64,000 nt of DNA from Microcoleus sp. (GTDB taxonomy: Bacteria > Cyanobacteriota > Cyanobacteriia > Cyanobacteriales > Microcoleaceae), in the NCBI GenBank assembly GCA_042408215.1, contig JAYFMW010000028.1, positions 32,001-96,000 of the forward strand. Reading direction: 5' to 3'. Position numbers and translations under genes: made by a program. The notes beneath the pieces are model-generated. The model did not search any database. It was given only the letters and a program-made list of their open reading frames with translations, and had not been told where the DNA came from. Below, piece by piece: positions 17,701 to 27,209 of this stretch. The number at the start of each line of letters is the position of its first letter. Positions within the stretch are counted from its first letter, which is position 1.

Positions 17701-20484
17701 TAACTTGCCTTGTTCCAAATAAAAATCTGCTCGTTTTTGGAAATAATCTGCTGATTCTTGGTTCATAATAGAGATCGGGTTTTTAGGGTTTTCAAGCACA
17801 ATTAAATTTAGGGGCTTCTTTGAGGGAAGGAGATTAATTTTTCCCATCATTTTTTTGAGGGATTTCAAATTCACTAAAAGATCTTCAGTCAATGGGTTTT
17901 GATACATTAACTCTCGAATCGGAGCACAGTTAAAGCTCTCCCCTGTTACATAATAATGTTCAAGATTTAGCTGCTGGCTGATGGCCCAGTAGTAATGTCT
18001 GATATAATTGGGCGACACCAGCTCAATTACCTTAGTTCCCGGTTCACAAAACATAATATTTGTTAAACCGCTGCCGTGGGGCGAAACAATGACTTTTGCA
18101 CGAGCAAATAAGGCTATTTGCTCATCCAAATTCATAGATTCTAATAACACTGAAACAAAGCCAAATCCGCTTAAAATTTCTATGACATTTTCTTCATTTA
18201 TGACTCGCCGATAGCTGCATTTGCTGCGACTGATATAGATGCGCTCTGGGTAAGATTTGCGATCGCCTACGGAAACACCTGTTTGACTTAAGTTTTTTGC
18301 GTGATTAGATAGATTTTGAATCCCGGATAAAACTGTTTTTGTGGTATAATTATGCAAGTCGTGTTTATGAGAAAAGTCTTTGAAAAAAACCTGCCTCAGA
18401 AACTTCAGCCCTCGCGGCGACAACCAGCCCAGATATCCAGGAAAAGAGGGAACAATTAATTGTTTGGCTTGGATGTAGGGATGGCGATCGCTTTCTATGA
18501 TTTTAGATTCAGGAATGCCCAAAGCTTTCAGAGTTTCTCGCTGAAAAGACTGCTGACAGCTATTCACCAAAAACCAATCAATCTCTTCCAGATTCACAGC
18601 GCTGCTGAGCATAATTTCTACTCTAGGTAGGATATCTACCATCCAGTGAAAATAGACATTTCCTGATAGTCCAGCTAATACCGCCACCTGGCCATCTATT
18701 TGTTCTAAAGGTGGCAATTCTTCCGATTCTAAATTCAGAAATCTGTGTTGAGTAGAATGTTGATTTTCACATCCAGGTAACTCACCCGGATATTCGCGGG
18801 AAAGTTCAGGTAAAAGTTGATTGTCCTGATTAATAATAGCGATCGCATTGCAAATCATCCAAGAATTTTTCTGCGGTACAACCCAAGCCCTGCCATTTGG
18901 CAATTTAGCTACAAAGGTTTCCGGTGAATCAACAGCAGTCTCTTTCTGCTGAGAACAAAAATATACGCCATCACCTAAGTGTATAGGCTCAAACTGTCGG
19001 AAAATTCCCTTGAGGCACCGCTGACAATCTAAACCCTGACATTCCGATTTTTGCTTTTCATTCCCGTTAACAAGCAGGGCTTTTTTATTCTCTCGTAGGG
19101 GCGGTGCCCCCGTGCCCGCCCCGATCTCTGAAATAACCGATTTTTCGTCGGTGGGGGGGTAGGCACGGGGAGTAGGGGTCGCACTACCCCTACCAAAATC
19201 CTCGTTTTCCTGAGAATGAATCAATTTCTGCTGTTTTTTCAATACAGCCTGCAACTGCTCGGAAATATCCGAGCGATCGCCTGCAATTGCCAGCGCCATG
19301 TGGTAAACTATAATCGCTGCCGGAAATCGTTTCTGCTTCGCCAAGCAATTTGCCAACCGCAAGTAAATATCCACATTATGAGGCTGAATTTGTAACGCTT
19401 TTTGGTAATAACTTTCCGCCTGTTTGTACCCGCCATACTCAGCCAAGACATTTCCTAAATGAAAATAAGTCTGTACTAAATGCTCGTAAATTACGGCAAG
19501 TGGTAATTGGTTTGTAGTTAGTGCTTTAATAAACCGAGCACAAGCTACTTTAGCCCGATCGAGTCGATCGTTTTCAACTAATAAACTTGCCCGATCGCAA
19601 AAATCATCCACAAACTCGCTTTGCAGAGCAATAGCATTTTGAAAACAGACCATTGCCTCAGCTAGCTTCCCTTGTGCCATCAGGGAAAAAGCCCGATCGC
19701 TGTATGCTGAAACATGATTGGGCTGTTTGCTAATCACCTGTTCAAAACATTCTCCTGCAAAAGCGTGCAGCCCCAGTCTTTGAAATGCTTTGCCCAAATT
19801 ATGACGAGCGATAACTAACTCTGGCTGCAACTCGATCGCCCGACGGTAAAGCGCGATCGCCTCCTCTGGCTTCTTCTGTTCCAACAGAGCAATACCTAAA
19901 TTATTGTACAGAGTAGCATCACCGGGTGCCACAACTATTCCCGCTTGAAAAACCTGAATTGCCTGGTCAAATTTGCCCGACTGTACCAGAATGCAGCCCC
20001 AATTACTATAGGCATTAATTGCGTAGGGCAAAAATTCTTTTGAGGGCGGTGTCGAAGCCACCCCTACAAGAACCTTGAACTCTTGTGGAACGGGCATCTT
20101 GCCCGTTCCTGAGAATGGTGTCCGATGTGCTTTTTTCGAGCTTTTTGCCCAGCAGCGTATCGCTTGCTGGTAACTGTGAATCGCCGCTTCTATCTTGCCT
20201 TGCTGTTGAAAAGCAACTCCTATATTATAGAGAGCTTTAACGTCATCTGGGTTCACAGCAAGGGCCTGCTGGTAGCTGCTAATCGCCCCTGTGAAATCCC
20301 CCTGCTCTTGCAGAACTCTACCCAAATTTTGTTGTAGTTCTGGGCTATTTTTTCCTAATGCCAGTGCTTGTTGGTAGTGAAAAGCAGCATCTTCTATCCT
20401 TCCCGTGCGATCGCACAGCAAACCCATTTTGGCAAAAGCTTCTACTAAATTGAAATCTGGTTCCGTCCTTTGGGTGCTGAGCAT
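14788..20484 (-). CDS. Giant TPR protein with central GT61/DUF563-type glycosyltransferase domain
   Basis: Many TPRs on both sides of NVYFHWMVDILPR...RIYISR...RRVINEE...EQIALFARAKVIVSPHGSGLTN; probable ATG 20484. Confidence 0.9.
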   Translation of the reverse strand: MLSTQRTEPDFNLVEAFAKMGLLCDRTGRIEDAAFHYQQALALGKNSPELQQNLGRVLQEQGDFTGAISSYQQALAVNPDDVKALYNIGVAFQQQGKIEAAIHSYQQAIRCWAKSSKKAHRTPFSGTGKMPVPQEFKVLVGVASTPPSKEFLPYAINAYSNWGCILVQSGKFDQAIQVFQAGIVVAPGDATLYNNLGIALLEQKKPEEAIALYRRAIELQPELVIARHNLGKAFQRLGLHAFAGECFEQVISKQPNHVSAYSDRAFSLMAQGKLAEAMVCFQNAIALQSEFVDDFCDRASLLVENDRLDRAKVACARFIKALTTNQLPLAVIYEHLVQTYFHLGNVLAEYGGYKQAESYYQKALQIQPHNVDIYLRLANCLAKQKRFPAAIIVYHMALAIAGDRSDISEQLQAVLKKQQKLIHSQENEDFGRGSATPTPRAYPPTDEKSVISEIGAGTGAPPLRENKKALLVNGNEKQKSECQGLDCQRCLKGIFRQFEPIHLGDGVYFCSQQKETAVDSPETFVAKLPNGRAWVVPQKNSWMICNAIAIINQDNQLLPELSREYPGELPGCENQHSTQHRFLNLESEELPPLEQIDGQVAVLAGLSGNVYFHWMVDILPRVEIMLSSAVNLEEIDWFLVNSCQQSFQRETLKALGIPESKIIESDRHPYIQAKQLIVPSFPGYLGWLSPRGLKFLRQVFFKDFSHKHDLHNYTTKTVLSGIQNLSNHAKNLSQTGVSVGDRKSYPERIYISRSKCSYRRVINEENVIEILSGFGFVSVLLESMNLDEQIALFARAKVIVSPHGSGLTNIMFCEPGTKVIELVSPNYIRHYYWAISQQLNLEHYYVTGESFNCAPIRELMYQNPLTEDLLVNLKSLKKMMGKINLLPSKKPLNLIVLENPKNPISIMNQESADYFQKRADFYLEQGKLDDAIAACSQALEQKPDFAPAYKTLGKASQVQGNLAKAKHWYSKALEIQPDFAEVYTNLATLYAQEKNWERALVCYQKSTSVQVKEPQKTNIEPAVFTCDIDDIEVYIQGAEAFYAQRKFELAAAACQRVIKVKPDARAYKIWGNARQAQGKVDEAKKWYAKAIEIDPDFAEAYTNLGTLYAQEQQWQPAIACYQKAIALQPNLASTYRNLARVWTQMGQLSEADECWFKAYSIEPDKATSEEHIHLGDNFLRQNQLTQAIRCYCHAIELNPNSNEAYQHLGNALKAQKKLNEETANYRKVIERPANIFGDLFKTVVLGLNGRSELPQTSEIPTTNPLQLGSTISAEKPNVQLQQPEPIDTVPQELNAIALATNSAPIPQKSADILSKLTVVESSLEADSRKQETADACIQQAESYYVQKQFDLAILECKRAIEIQPDAVAAYKLCGKILQAQGNMEGAIDCYKKAVKIQSNDAETHVNLGSLYALTKQWSPAITCYQKAIAILPNLAPAYRNLARVWTQAGKLEEANECWYEAYSLAPEKVPPEQHFKLGNSLFKQGQITHAIVCYRRAIELKPNWAGAYQNMGKALKQQGKLDEAALCFQRVAELNKNSLLNHHQSGNSLTTAAQVNTPSNGHSKSAEIVTSAPAKGNSNDRKPEQIVPRYDAETYIKQAESYYDQRKYEEAIAECKRAIEMKPPAALAYKILGNATQAMDKLDAAWYWYAQALEIDPNFAEVHANLGSLYAQQKQWKKSISCYRKAIEIKPSLASAYRNLAQVFLQSGQPKLGANCWYEALTLDINWATAEEHFTLGNTLLELGKLERAISCYQRAIELQPSYADAYHNLGEVLSVQGKWENAIAAYRPAIELNPNFEGSHYGLGKAWASLNRREDAIACYRRAIELNPNLAQAYQSLGDVLDSWGQLDEAIGCYEKTIELKPDIWEFHHKLGDALQEKGEIDEAIEAYKRAIKLAKV

Positions 20485-20671
20485 ACTTAAACTACTGATT
20501 TGACAAGGTAAGTTCTCAAAAAAAATTGAGAGTGGAAGAGGCGTTATGGAATAGGTAATGGCTGCAATTCGGCTGCTTTTAATTAGAATATCCGTCCTGG
20601 ATCTATTACCAATTAGCAATTAGCAATTACTATTTAATTAATGGTATAGCCACCGGAAATTGAGTAGAAAT

Positions 20672-21796
20672 CTAGATGATTTCAAAGTTATTCGATCCAA
20701 GATTTAGGTTATTACCTACTTGAGCGACGATCGACACTTGACCGTTTTGATTGCGGTAGTACAGCGAACCGTCAACCGGGTTGTAGATGAGATTAGCCGC
20801 GCCTGTCACCCCAGGAGCGTTGGGATTGAAATTGGGGACGGTAATAAATTGGTTCCCAGTTAAATTGCCCGGTATTAAAGCATTAAAAACAGCTTTGTCA
20901 AGCTGTATTTTATCTTCTGTAGGATTAAAGTCGGTCAGCGTATCCATATTATCTATGCCGAGGAACTCGAAGCGGAATGTATCCGCCCCGGCACCACCTG
21001 TGAGGGTGTCATTTCCTCGATCGCCAGAAAGAATGTCGTTGCCAGCATCACCCATAACGAGATCGTTGCCTTTACCGCCGAACAAAATATCGTTGCCATC
21101 GCCGCCTCTTACGGTGTCATTTCCTAAGTTGCCGCTTACGAAATCATCCCCAGCGCCGCCAAATACCCAGTCGTCGCCTTTACCGCCGAAGATAGAGTCG
21201 TTGCCTTTGCCACCCACGACGACATCATGGCCCTTCCCTCCAAAAAGGGTATCGTTGCCTTTACCGCCGTCGAGGAAGTCATTGCCGCTATCGCCATAGA
21301 TGATGTCATCGCCCTCCTCGCCATAAAGAACGTCATCGCATTTACCGCCGAACACGGTATCGTTGCCAGCGCCAGCTCTAACGTAATCCTCCCCCTGGTT
21401 GCCTTCGATATAGTCGTTGCCGTCGCCGCCAGAGAGGATGTCGTTGCCGCGATCGCCGTAAAGGACATCATTGCCAGCATTGCCATCAACGATGTCATTG
21501 CCTTTACCGCCCATGACAGTATCATCGTTTTCGCCTCCAGAAAGCGTATCTTGTCCCTGGTTGCCTTGGATGACATCATTGCCACCGCCTCCACCAACGA
21601 GGTCGTTACCCCCTAGAGCAGCCAATTCTTCATCTTGGTTGGTGCCATAGGCAATGTCGTCCAAAGGAGTGAGGTTAAGTCGCGGGATACCGGGTCTAGT
21701 GGTGGGTCTGAGCTCACCGGAGCCTGTGATAATCAAACCATCACAGTCATCCGGGCCTGTACTGTGTGGTGGACTAGGAATTACGATTTGAGACAT
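20672..21796 (-). CDS. RTX (hemolysin-type) calcium-binding protein, probably T1SS-secreted
   Basis: Over 20 GGxGxDxLx nonapeptides; C-terminal GADTFRF...DTLTDFNPTEDKIQL; ATG 21796. Confidence 0.92.
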   Translation of the reverse strand: MSQIVIPSPPHSTGPDDCDGLIITGSGELRPTTRPGIPRLNLTPLDDIAYGTNQDEELAALGGNDLVGGGGGNDVIQGNQGQDTLSGGENDDTVMGGKGNDIVDGNAGNDVLYGDRGNDILSGGDGNDYIEGNQGEDYVRAGAGNDTVFGGKCDDVLYGEEGDDIIYGDSGNDFLDGGKGNDTLFGGKGHDVVVGGKGNDSIFGGKGDDWVFGGAGDDFVSGNLGNDTVRGGDGNDILFGGKGNDLVMGDAGNDILSGDRGNDTLTGGAGADTFRFEFLGIDNMDTLTDFNPTEDKIQLDKAVFNALIPGNLTGNQFITVPNFNPNAPGVTGAANLIYNPVDGSLYYRNQNGQVSIVAQVGNNLNLGSNNFEII

Positions 21797-22360
21797 GGTA
21801 AATCCTTTGTTGAGGATAGTGATGTATGTGCAGTATCTGCACCCTAACGAGATGACAAACCAGCTAAAGAAAGCAATCAATCAAGCTTTTAAGCAAATTG
21901 ACCTAGAAATTGCAAATGATTGACAGGCCGATCGATCGTCAGTCAAGTTGCCGCCTGTCAGTTCGCCCGCCCGATCGACCCAACTACTAAGACAGCATTC
22001 AGTGGAAAGCTTTGGGGTTGGGTAGCATTTGTTACTTTGGACCCTAGCCAGTCATCTTGGATTGGGGAAGATCGATCGGGAGTATCTATATCTCTGGTCA
22101 GATTTACTAGCAAAAGTCCTGATGTCCGGAATAGCTTTGCGTGATATTACTGACTAACTGAAGGGTGACATAAAAGGAACAAAAGTACAGGGAATTGCGT
22201 CGCAGCGCAGCCCGCCCTTGTGGGTTTCTAAACAGCGTAAAATTCTCACCTTTAATTAGGGCGACCTACTTCACAAATCCATCTTTTGTGCAGATAGAAA
22301 TTCTCACTCAAATCACTCAAATAATGAGAAACTAATATTAGCGTTACCCTTTTTTGAGCG

Positions 22361-23455
22361 ATGACCAACCGGATTTTAATTATTGGAGGGCGGGGACGAA
22401 TTGGCACAAGCGTTGCCCAAGATATTCTCACCCATACCGACGCAGAAATTACTGTGACTGGGCGTGATTCTGAAGGCTCTATTCCGCCTGGACTTCCGCC
22501 GGATCGGGTGCAATATCTGGCTTTAAACTTAGCGGACAGTGCAGCTCTGGAAGAAGCAGTTTCATCCTCTAACCTTGTCGTCCACACTGCCGGGCCTTTT
22601 CATTACCGAGATGCTAGCGTGCTGAAAACTTCCATAGAAGCAGGTGTTAATTATACCGATGTCAGCGACAGCCGCCGTTTTACTAGCAGGGCTTTAGCAT
22701 ACCGCGAATTAGCCAAGAAAGCGGGTGTTACTGCTATTGTTAATACGGGAATTTTTCCGGGAGTTTCTAACAGCATGGTACGCCGAGATGTCGAGCATTT
22801 AGATACAGCAGAACACATCCATTTGAGTTATGTAGTCGGAGGTTCTGGCGGTGCTGGTGTCACCGTAATGAGAACGACTTTTTTAGGTTTGCAAACGCCT
22901 TTTGATGTTTGGATTGATGGCAAGTGGCAGCAGGTAAAACCCTACAGCGATCGCGAAACAATTGAATTTCCCCAACCCTACGGCAAAACAGGGGTTTACT
23001 GGTTCGATATGCCGGAAGCAATCACTTTGCCGGAAACTTTCCCAGTCAAAACAGTGATTACTAAATTCGGCACTTTTCCTGACCTTTACAATCATCTTAC
23101 CTGGTTTGTTGCTAAGTATTGGCCGGCTAGCTGGCTCAAAAATAAAGGAGTTATTGAATTTCTCTCCTATGTCAGTTATGGGATGACCGGTGTTAGCAAT
23201 AATTTTAGTGGGGTTGGGGTGGCGGTGCGATCGCAAGTAACCGGCCTCAAAAATGGCAAACCAGCTCAAGTTTGCTCGATCGCCCTACACGACAATGCTG
23301 CCGCCGCTACTGGCATCGGTACTGGCAGCATCGCTCAATTAATCTTAGAAGGCAAACTGACAAAACCGGGCGTTTGGTCGGTAGAACAGGCTCTTTCTAC
23401 GGAGCTATTTGAACGATCGATGCAGAGTCGCCACCTCAAAATCGATCGAGTTTGA
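22361..23455 (+). CDS. Saccharopine dehydrogenase-like NAD(P)-binding oxidoreductase
   Basis: ILIIGGRGRIG Rossmann motif, HTAGPF, NTGIFPGVSN. Confidence 0.88.
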   Translation: MTNRILIIGGRGRIGTSVAQDILTHTDAEITVTGRDSEGSIPPGLPPDRVQYLALNLADSAALEEAVSSSNLVVHTAGPFHYRDASVLKTSIEAGVNYTDVSDSRRFTSRALAYRELAKKAGVTAIVNTGIFPGVSNSMVRRDVEHLDTAEHIHLSYVVGGSGGAGVTVMRTTFLGLQTPFDVWIDGKWQQVKPYSDRETIEFPQPYGKTGVYWFDMPEAITLPETFPVKTVITKFGTFPDLYNHLTWFVAKYWPASWLKNKGVIEFLSYVSYGMTGVSNNFSGVGVAVRSQVTGLKNGKPAQVCSIALHDNAAAATGIGTGSIAQLILEGKLTKPGVWSVEQALSTELFERSMQSRHLKIDRV

Positions 23456-23556
23456 TGCCGTTAATCTATCTTCAGGTAGAAGTCTGTATAGCAATCAGCG
23501 TCTTAATATAAGCCCTAGCACAATAACTATCTCTTAAAATACGAGGAGAAATTGAC

Positions 23557-23904
23557 ATGAAGCGGGTTTTAAAAGCTCTGGGACAAACATTAAGTCGCTG
23601 CATTTTTCTGGGCTGTATGCTGACTTTAATTGGTTTAGCTGTAGTACCCAGTCAGGCTGCTCGCGCAGCAGGTCAATATAACAGTCAAGCGCAGCAGGGA
23701 GCTAAAATTACCGACCCCGCAGAAAATTTCGAGGATTTGAATCCCCAAGAAGCTTACGAAGAAATAGTCAAAAGCGCTCAAAATCCTGCAAAGGTAGAGA
23801 AGGTTTACGAAGAAAGCTTACAGGAGTACAAAGCAGAGCATCCACAAGAAAGTTTAGTGGAAAAAGCTGAAGATTTCATCGAAAAAGTAACGGGGAATGA
23901 ATAA
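23557..23904 (+). CDS. Small secreted hypothetical protein
   Basis: GAGGAG RBS; signal-peptide-like N-terminus ending AARA; acidic mature part. Confidence 0.7.
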   Translation: MKRVLKALGQTLSRCIFLGCMLTLIGLAVVPSQAARAAGQYNSQAQQGAKITDPAENFEDLNPQEAYEEIVKSAQNPAKVEKVYEESLQEYKAEHPQESLVEKAEDFIEKVTGNE

Positions 23905-23969
23905 ATTAACATATTTCTATCTAACTCAAATTGCTAGGAATAGGGCCTAGGGAATAGGGCATGGGGAAT

Positions 23970-24209
23970 AGGGAAACCCCACAATAAATGTCGCTTTTAG
24001 GCGAAGTCTAGATCCCCCTAAATCCCCCTTAATCAGGGAGTAGGGTGTGAGTAGGGGTTGACTTTGAGAAATACTCTTGTCCCTTCCGAGTGTAGGGGCG
24101 GTGCCAAGAGTGCCCGCCCTCCTTAGGGGGATCGCGCAGTTCGATACAAACAAGAAAGACTGTCGGTTTGACGTCAGGTTGTCACCAATGGGCAGAGCCT
24201 GGGAACGAG
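23970..24209. repeat. Composite dispersed repeat (MITE-like right end plus GTAG REP)
   Basis: TCTAGATCCCCCTAAATCCCCCTT core, GTAGGGGCGGTGCCAAGAGTGCCCGCCC, and GTTGTCACCAATGGGCAGAGCCTGGGAACGAG end resembling 1786-1817. Confidence 0.75.
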
Positions 24210-24298
24210 TAGAACCCCCCTTAAGGAAGATGAATAAATAGCAATTTTTCAAGTAAATTTAGTGATAGTTACAGTTAAATGAAAAGCCCAAAAATATC

Positions 24299-24820
24299 AT
24301 GGCAAATAAAAAAAAATCCGTGAAGGAATCTGATGCCAACATTGACCCGATTTCCGGGGAAACGGGGGCACATCCAGTGGGAACGGGTATCGGTGCGGCG
24401 AGTGCGGGTGCTGCGGGTGCTGCGATCGGCGGTGCTGTGGGGGGACCCGTGGGAGCAGTTGTGGGGGCTGTTGTAGGCGCGTTTAGCGGTGGTTTGGCTG
24501 GTAAAGGTGTAGCAGAGGCGATCGACCCTACAGTAGAAGATGCTTACTGGCAAAACAACTACACCTCTAGTTCTTACGCAGATCCGGGCGCGACATACGA
24601 AGACTATGAGCCTGCATACCGCACTGGCTATGAGGGATACAGCCGCTACTCCGCTACTGGTAAGAGCTTCAACGAGCTTGAAGACGATTTGCAGCGCGAC
24701 TACGAAATCAATCGCGGTAAGTCTAATGTGCAGTGGGAAAAAGCTAAGCACGCCGCCCAGGACGCTTGGAATCGCGTTGAACGCGCTATTCCTGGAGACA
24801 TAGACAAAGACGGCCGCTAA
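24299..24820 (+). CDS. Glycine-zipper / stress-protein-like hypothetical protein
   Basis: DPISGETGAHPVGTGIGAA...GxxxG zipper...DPTVEDAYW...WEKAKHAAQDAWNR. Confidence 0.8.
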   Translation: MANKKKSVKESDANIDPISGETGAHPVGTGIGAASAGAAGAAIGGAVGGPVGAVVGAVVGAFSGGLAGKGVAEAIDPTVEDAYWQNNYTSSSYADPGATYEDYEPAYRTGYEGYSRYSATGKSFNELEDDLQRDYEINRGKSNVQWEKAKHAAQDAWNRVERAIPGDIDKDGR

Positions 24821-24903
24821 GGGCGATCGCGAATATTGCGGTTTTTCTGTTGATATCAGGCACAATTTTCAACAGGAATTTGGCGAAATTATTCGGGTTT
24901 AAA

Positions 24904-24935
24904 ACCCCTCTCTGTTTCGGGGAGGGGTCTTTTTT
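24904..24935 (+). terminator. Probable rho-independent terminator
   Basis: ACCCCTCTCTG-TTT-CGGGGAGGGGT hairpin followed by CTTTTTT downstream of 24299..24820. Confidence 0.6.
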
Positions 24936-25170
24936 AAGCTCAGTTAAAAGTTTTTCAGCATCGGAATTGATATCAGATCAATTCCGCTCTTCATCGAAAA
25001 TATTCATCTCTCTCTGATCTCCCTCTGCGTTCTCTGCGTTCTAGAAAGGTTAAATCATTCCGATGCAACCAAAATTGATATGATGCTGGATTTGAAATTG
25101 ACACTTTTTGACACAATTAGCCTTACAATTAAACTAATTCAGGACCGATCGTTCAAAATAGGTATAAATT

Positions 25171-26499
25171 GTGGAAGAAATATTGGCACAAGCTTGGACT
25201 CTCAAGCAAAATTTAATTGACTTTGTACTGGAATCTGAGGGAGAATTGGCCGTAGCTTTGGAAGCTTATGTAGCCGATCGCTCTTCGCGGGATCGCTATG
25301 ATATTGCTCAGCAAAATCAAATAATTGACAGTTTTACCGTTGAAGGCAAAGTCGGAGATAAAATCCCGATCGACCTTTTTATCGCAAGTCAGCCAGATTT
25401 AACCGAGAGCGATCGCAACTTGCTAGAAAGTTGGCGACACAGGAGCTTTACTGGTTTATTTGAAATCACTCAAATTTCCCCAGAGGGCTTCGATCTAACC
25501 AACTGGCTCACCAACAAACAATACGCAGTCAAACCCAACAGTCCTAATTTTCTGCAAGAAATGTCTCGGTTTAAGTTAGGAGAAATTTTGCTAACTCGCA
25601 TTGCTCCTCTCACCGATAACTGCTGGATATTATCGGGTCCTCCCATACCGATGGGGAAATTGGGCAAGCCGAAATTGGCAGTTGCGATCGGCAATTTCAA
25701 GCAGAATCACAAAAAATCTCTGTACAGCGATGCGCCGGAATTGTTAGAGCAGGCTTGGCAGTCGGTAGAACAGTATCATGTAGATTTTACCGAATTTTTT
25801 GACAGCGATGAAGTGACGCTATCGGGATATCATCTGAATAAAAAAATTGCAGAATTTCAGGAATTCATCACTAAAAAACGCTTAGCTGATGCAGGCTTTG
25901 ATGAAACTAAATCTCTCGCCCAGATAGTTGAAGATGCTGGAGTCGATGCTGAAGAAATTAAAGCAGCCGCAATCGCAGCCAGCGGTGCAGATCCCTCTTC
26001 AGTTGACGTAGCGATCGACAGTAACTCAAAAATGGTAATGCCTAAAGCTGAGTTGCCCGATCGCTTCAAGAAAGCCGAACAGGTGACAGCACTTTCTCAT
26101 CCGCGCTGGGGCCAAACGTTTTTGTCTACCTACACTCAATTCACCGCCATGCTAGCAGCAGAAGACTGTCTAAGCATTCCCGGTGCCGAAAAACTGGTTC
26201 GCAACTATTTAGAAGATCCGGCAATTAATGCCTGGATTTGGCAGCGGTTAGCTAAAGTTGATCCAGCTAAACTAGAACAAGTTTTGCAAACAGTATTGGA
26301 ACGGCCTGATTTTCAGATCCATCGGGATTTAGATGCGCTGCTGCTGGAATTTAACAAACCTTTAGAACCCGAATTGCCGGAAATTGCGAGCGTTCCTTTA
26401 CACTTGCACAATTTATTTCAGGAAGCTTTAGGCGAAGTCAATAAGTCAAAGTCTAAGCCGCAGGATAAAAAGAAAAGCTCTAAGGGTTTTAAATCCTAA
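25171..26499 (+). CDS. Conserved cyanobacterial hypothetical protein
   Basis: 442-aa ORF, GTG start, basic KKKSSKGF C-terminus; no family recognised. Confidence 0.75.
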   Translation: MEEILAQAWTLKQNLIDFVLESEGELAVALEAYVADRSSRDRYDIAQQNQIIDSFTVEGKVGDKIPIDLFIASQPDLTESDRNLLESWRHRSFTGLFEITQISPEGFDLTNWLTNKQYAVKPNSPNFLQEMSRFKLGEILLTRIAPLTDNCWILSGPPIPMGKLGKPKLAVAIGNFKQNHKKSLYSDAPELLEQAWQSVEQYHVDFTEFFDSDEVTLSGYHLNKKIAEFQEFITKKRLADAGFDETKSLAQIVEDAGVDAEEIKAAAIAASGADPSSVDVAIDSNSKMVMPKAELPDRFKKAEQVTALSHPRWGQTFLSTYTQFTAMLAAEDCLSIPGAEKLVRNYLEDPAINAWIWQRLAKVDPAKLEQVLQTVLERPDFQIHRDLDALLLEFNKPLEPELPEIASVPLHLHNLFQEALGEVNKSKSKPQDKKKSSKGFKS

Positions 26500-26743
26500 C
26501 CTCCTTTGCGCTTGTCGGTATCGAGATTTCTGCACGGAGGCGTAAGATCACTTAGTCTGACGGCTTGATTGCTGGCAGTATCAGGATAGTTTCGGAGATT
26601 TCAGCAGCAAACGGAATGCAGGAAAATATCGGCTCGTTGCAATCCCGCAGAGATCGACTAGAGCCATTTTGGGCGCGTTATGTCAAGCTTCCTCACATCA
26701 TCAAAAAGTGAATCTGTAGGGTGCGCCTCGGCGCACCTTACCG

Positions 26744-27097
26744 CTACCAAAATAATTCTAATCTTCGAGCCGAACAGCCATCCGTTGCAGCGGCAAACTG
26801 AGGATGCTCGAAACAGTCAACAAGTAAGAAAGCACAGTGCTCAACTTCAGACTCAGCAACAGCCAGCTCTCCTCCGGCCGATGAAGTTTTAGCCCCGCAA
26901 CAGAGATGCAGTAAACTATCCAGTAAATAAAGCTCATCTCGATCGGGATTTCTTCGCTTAAAGTTCGCGCGTGCGAAGCTATCCCGTAGGGAATCGTCCG
27001 TTGGCTGCGAGTTGCGATCGCACAACAGGACTAGACCGGCAAGAGAAGCCATAAAAGAAACCATAACGAGATAGTCATGCCAGTTAAGAGCAACCAT
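26744..27097 (-). CDS. Small hypothetical protein with N-terminal TM helix
   Basis: AGGAAA upstream of ATG 27097; hydrophobic N-terminus. Confidence 0.55.
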   Translation of the reverse strand: MVALNWHDYLVMVSFMASLAGLVLLCDRNSQPTDDSLRDSFARANFKRRNPDRDELYLLDSLLHLCCGAKTSSAGGELAVAESEVEHCAFLLVDCFEHPQFAAATDGCSARRLELFW

Positions 27098-27209
27098 TTT
27101 AAAATTTCCTTGTTATCCTAATTTTTAGCATCAAACATTAGTCTAAAGGATATGTTTTCCCAGTCAAAGCAATAGTTACAAATTGACACAGCCGCAGTTA
27201 CAAATCTCA

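Noticed and set aside
20787..21616. Overlapping and antisense ORFs over the RTX gene (likewise over 41327..47530 and other long genes)
   Set aside because: Shadow frames of repetitive Gly/Asp-rich coding sequence with no independent motifs.
21797..22360. Riboswitch or ncRNA in the long intergenic region upstream of the RTX gene
   Set aside because: No recognisable aptamer motif by eye; an Infernal/Rfam scan would be needed.
23947..24252. 101-aa ORF
   Set aside because: Lies almost entirely within a composite dispersed repeat.
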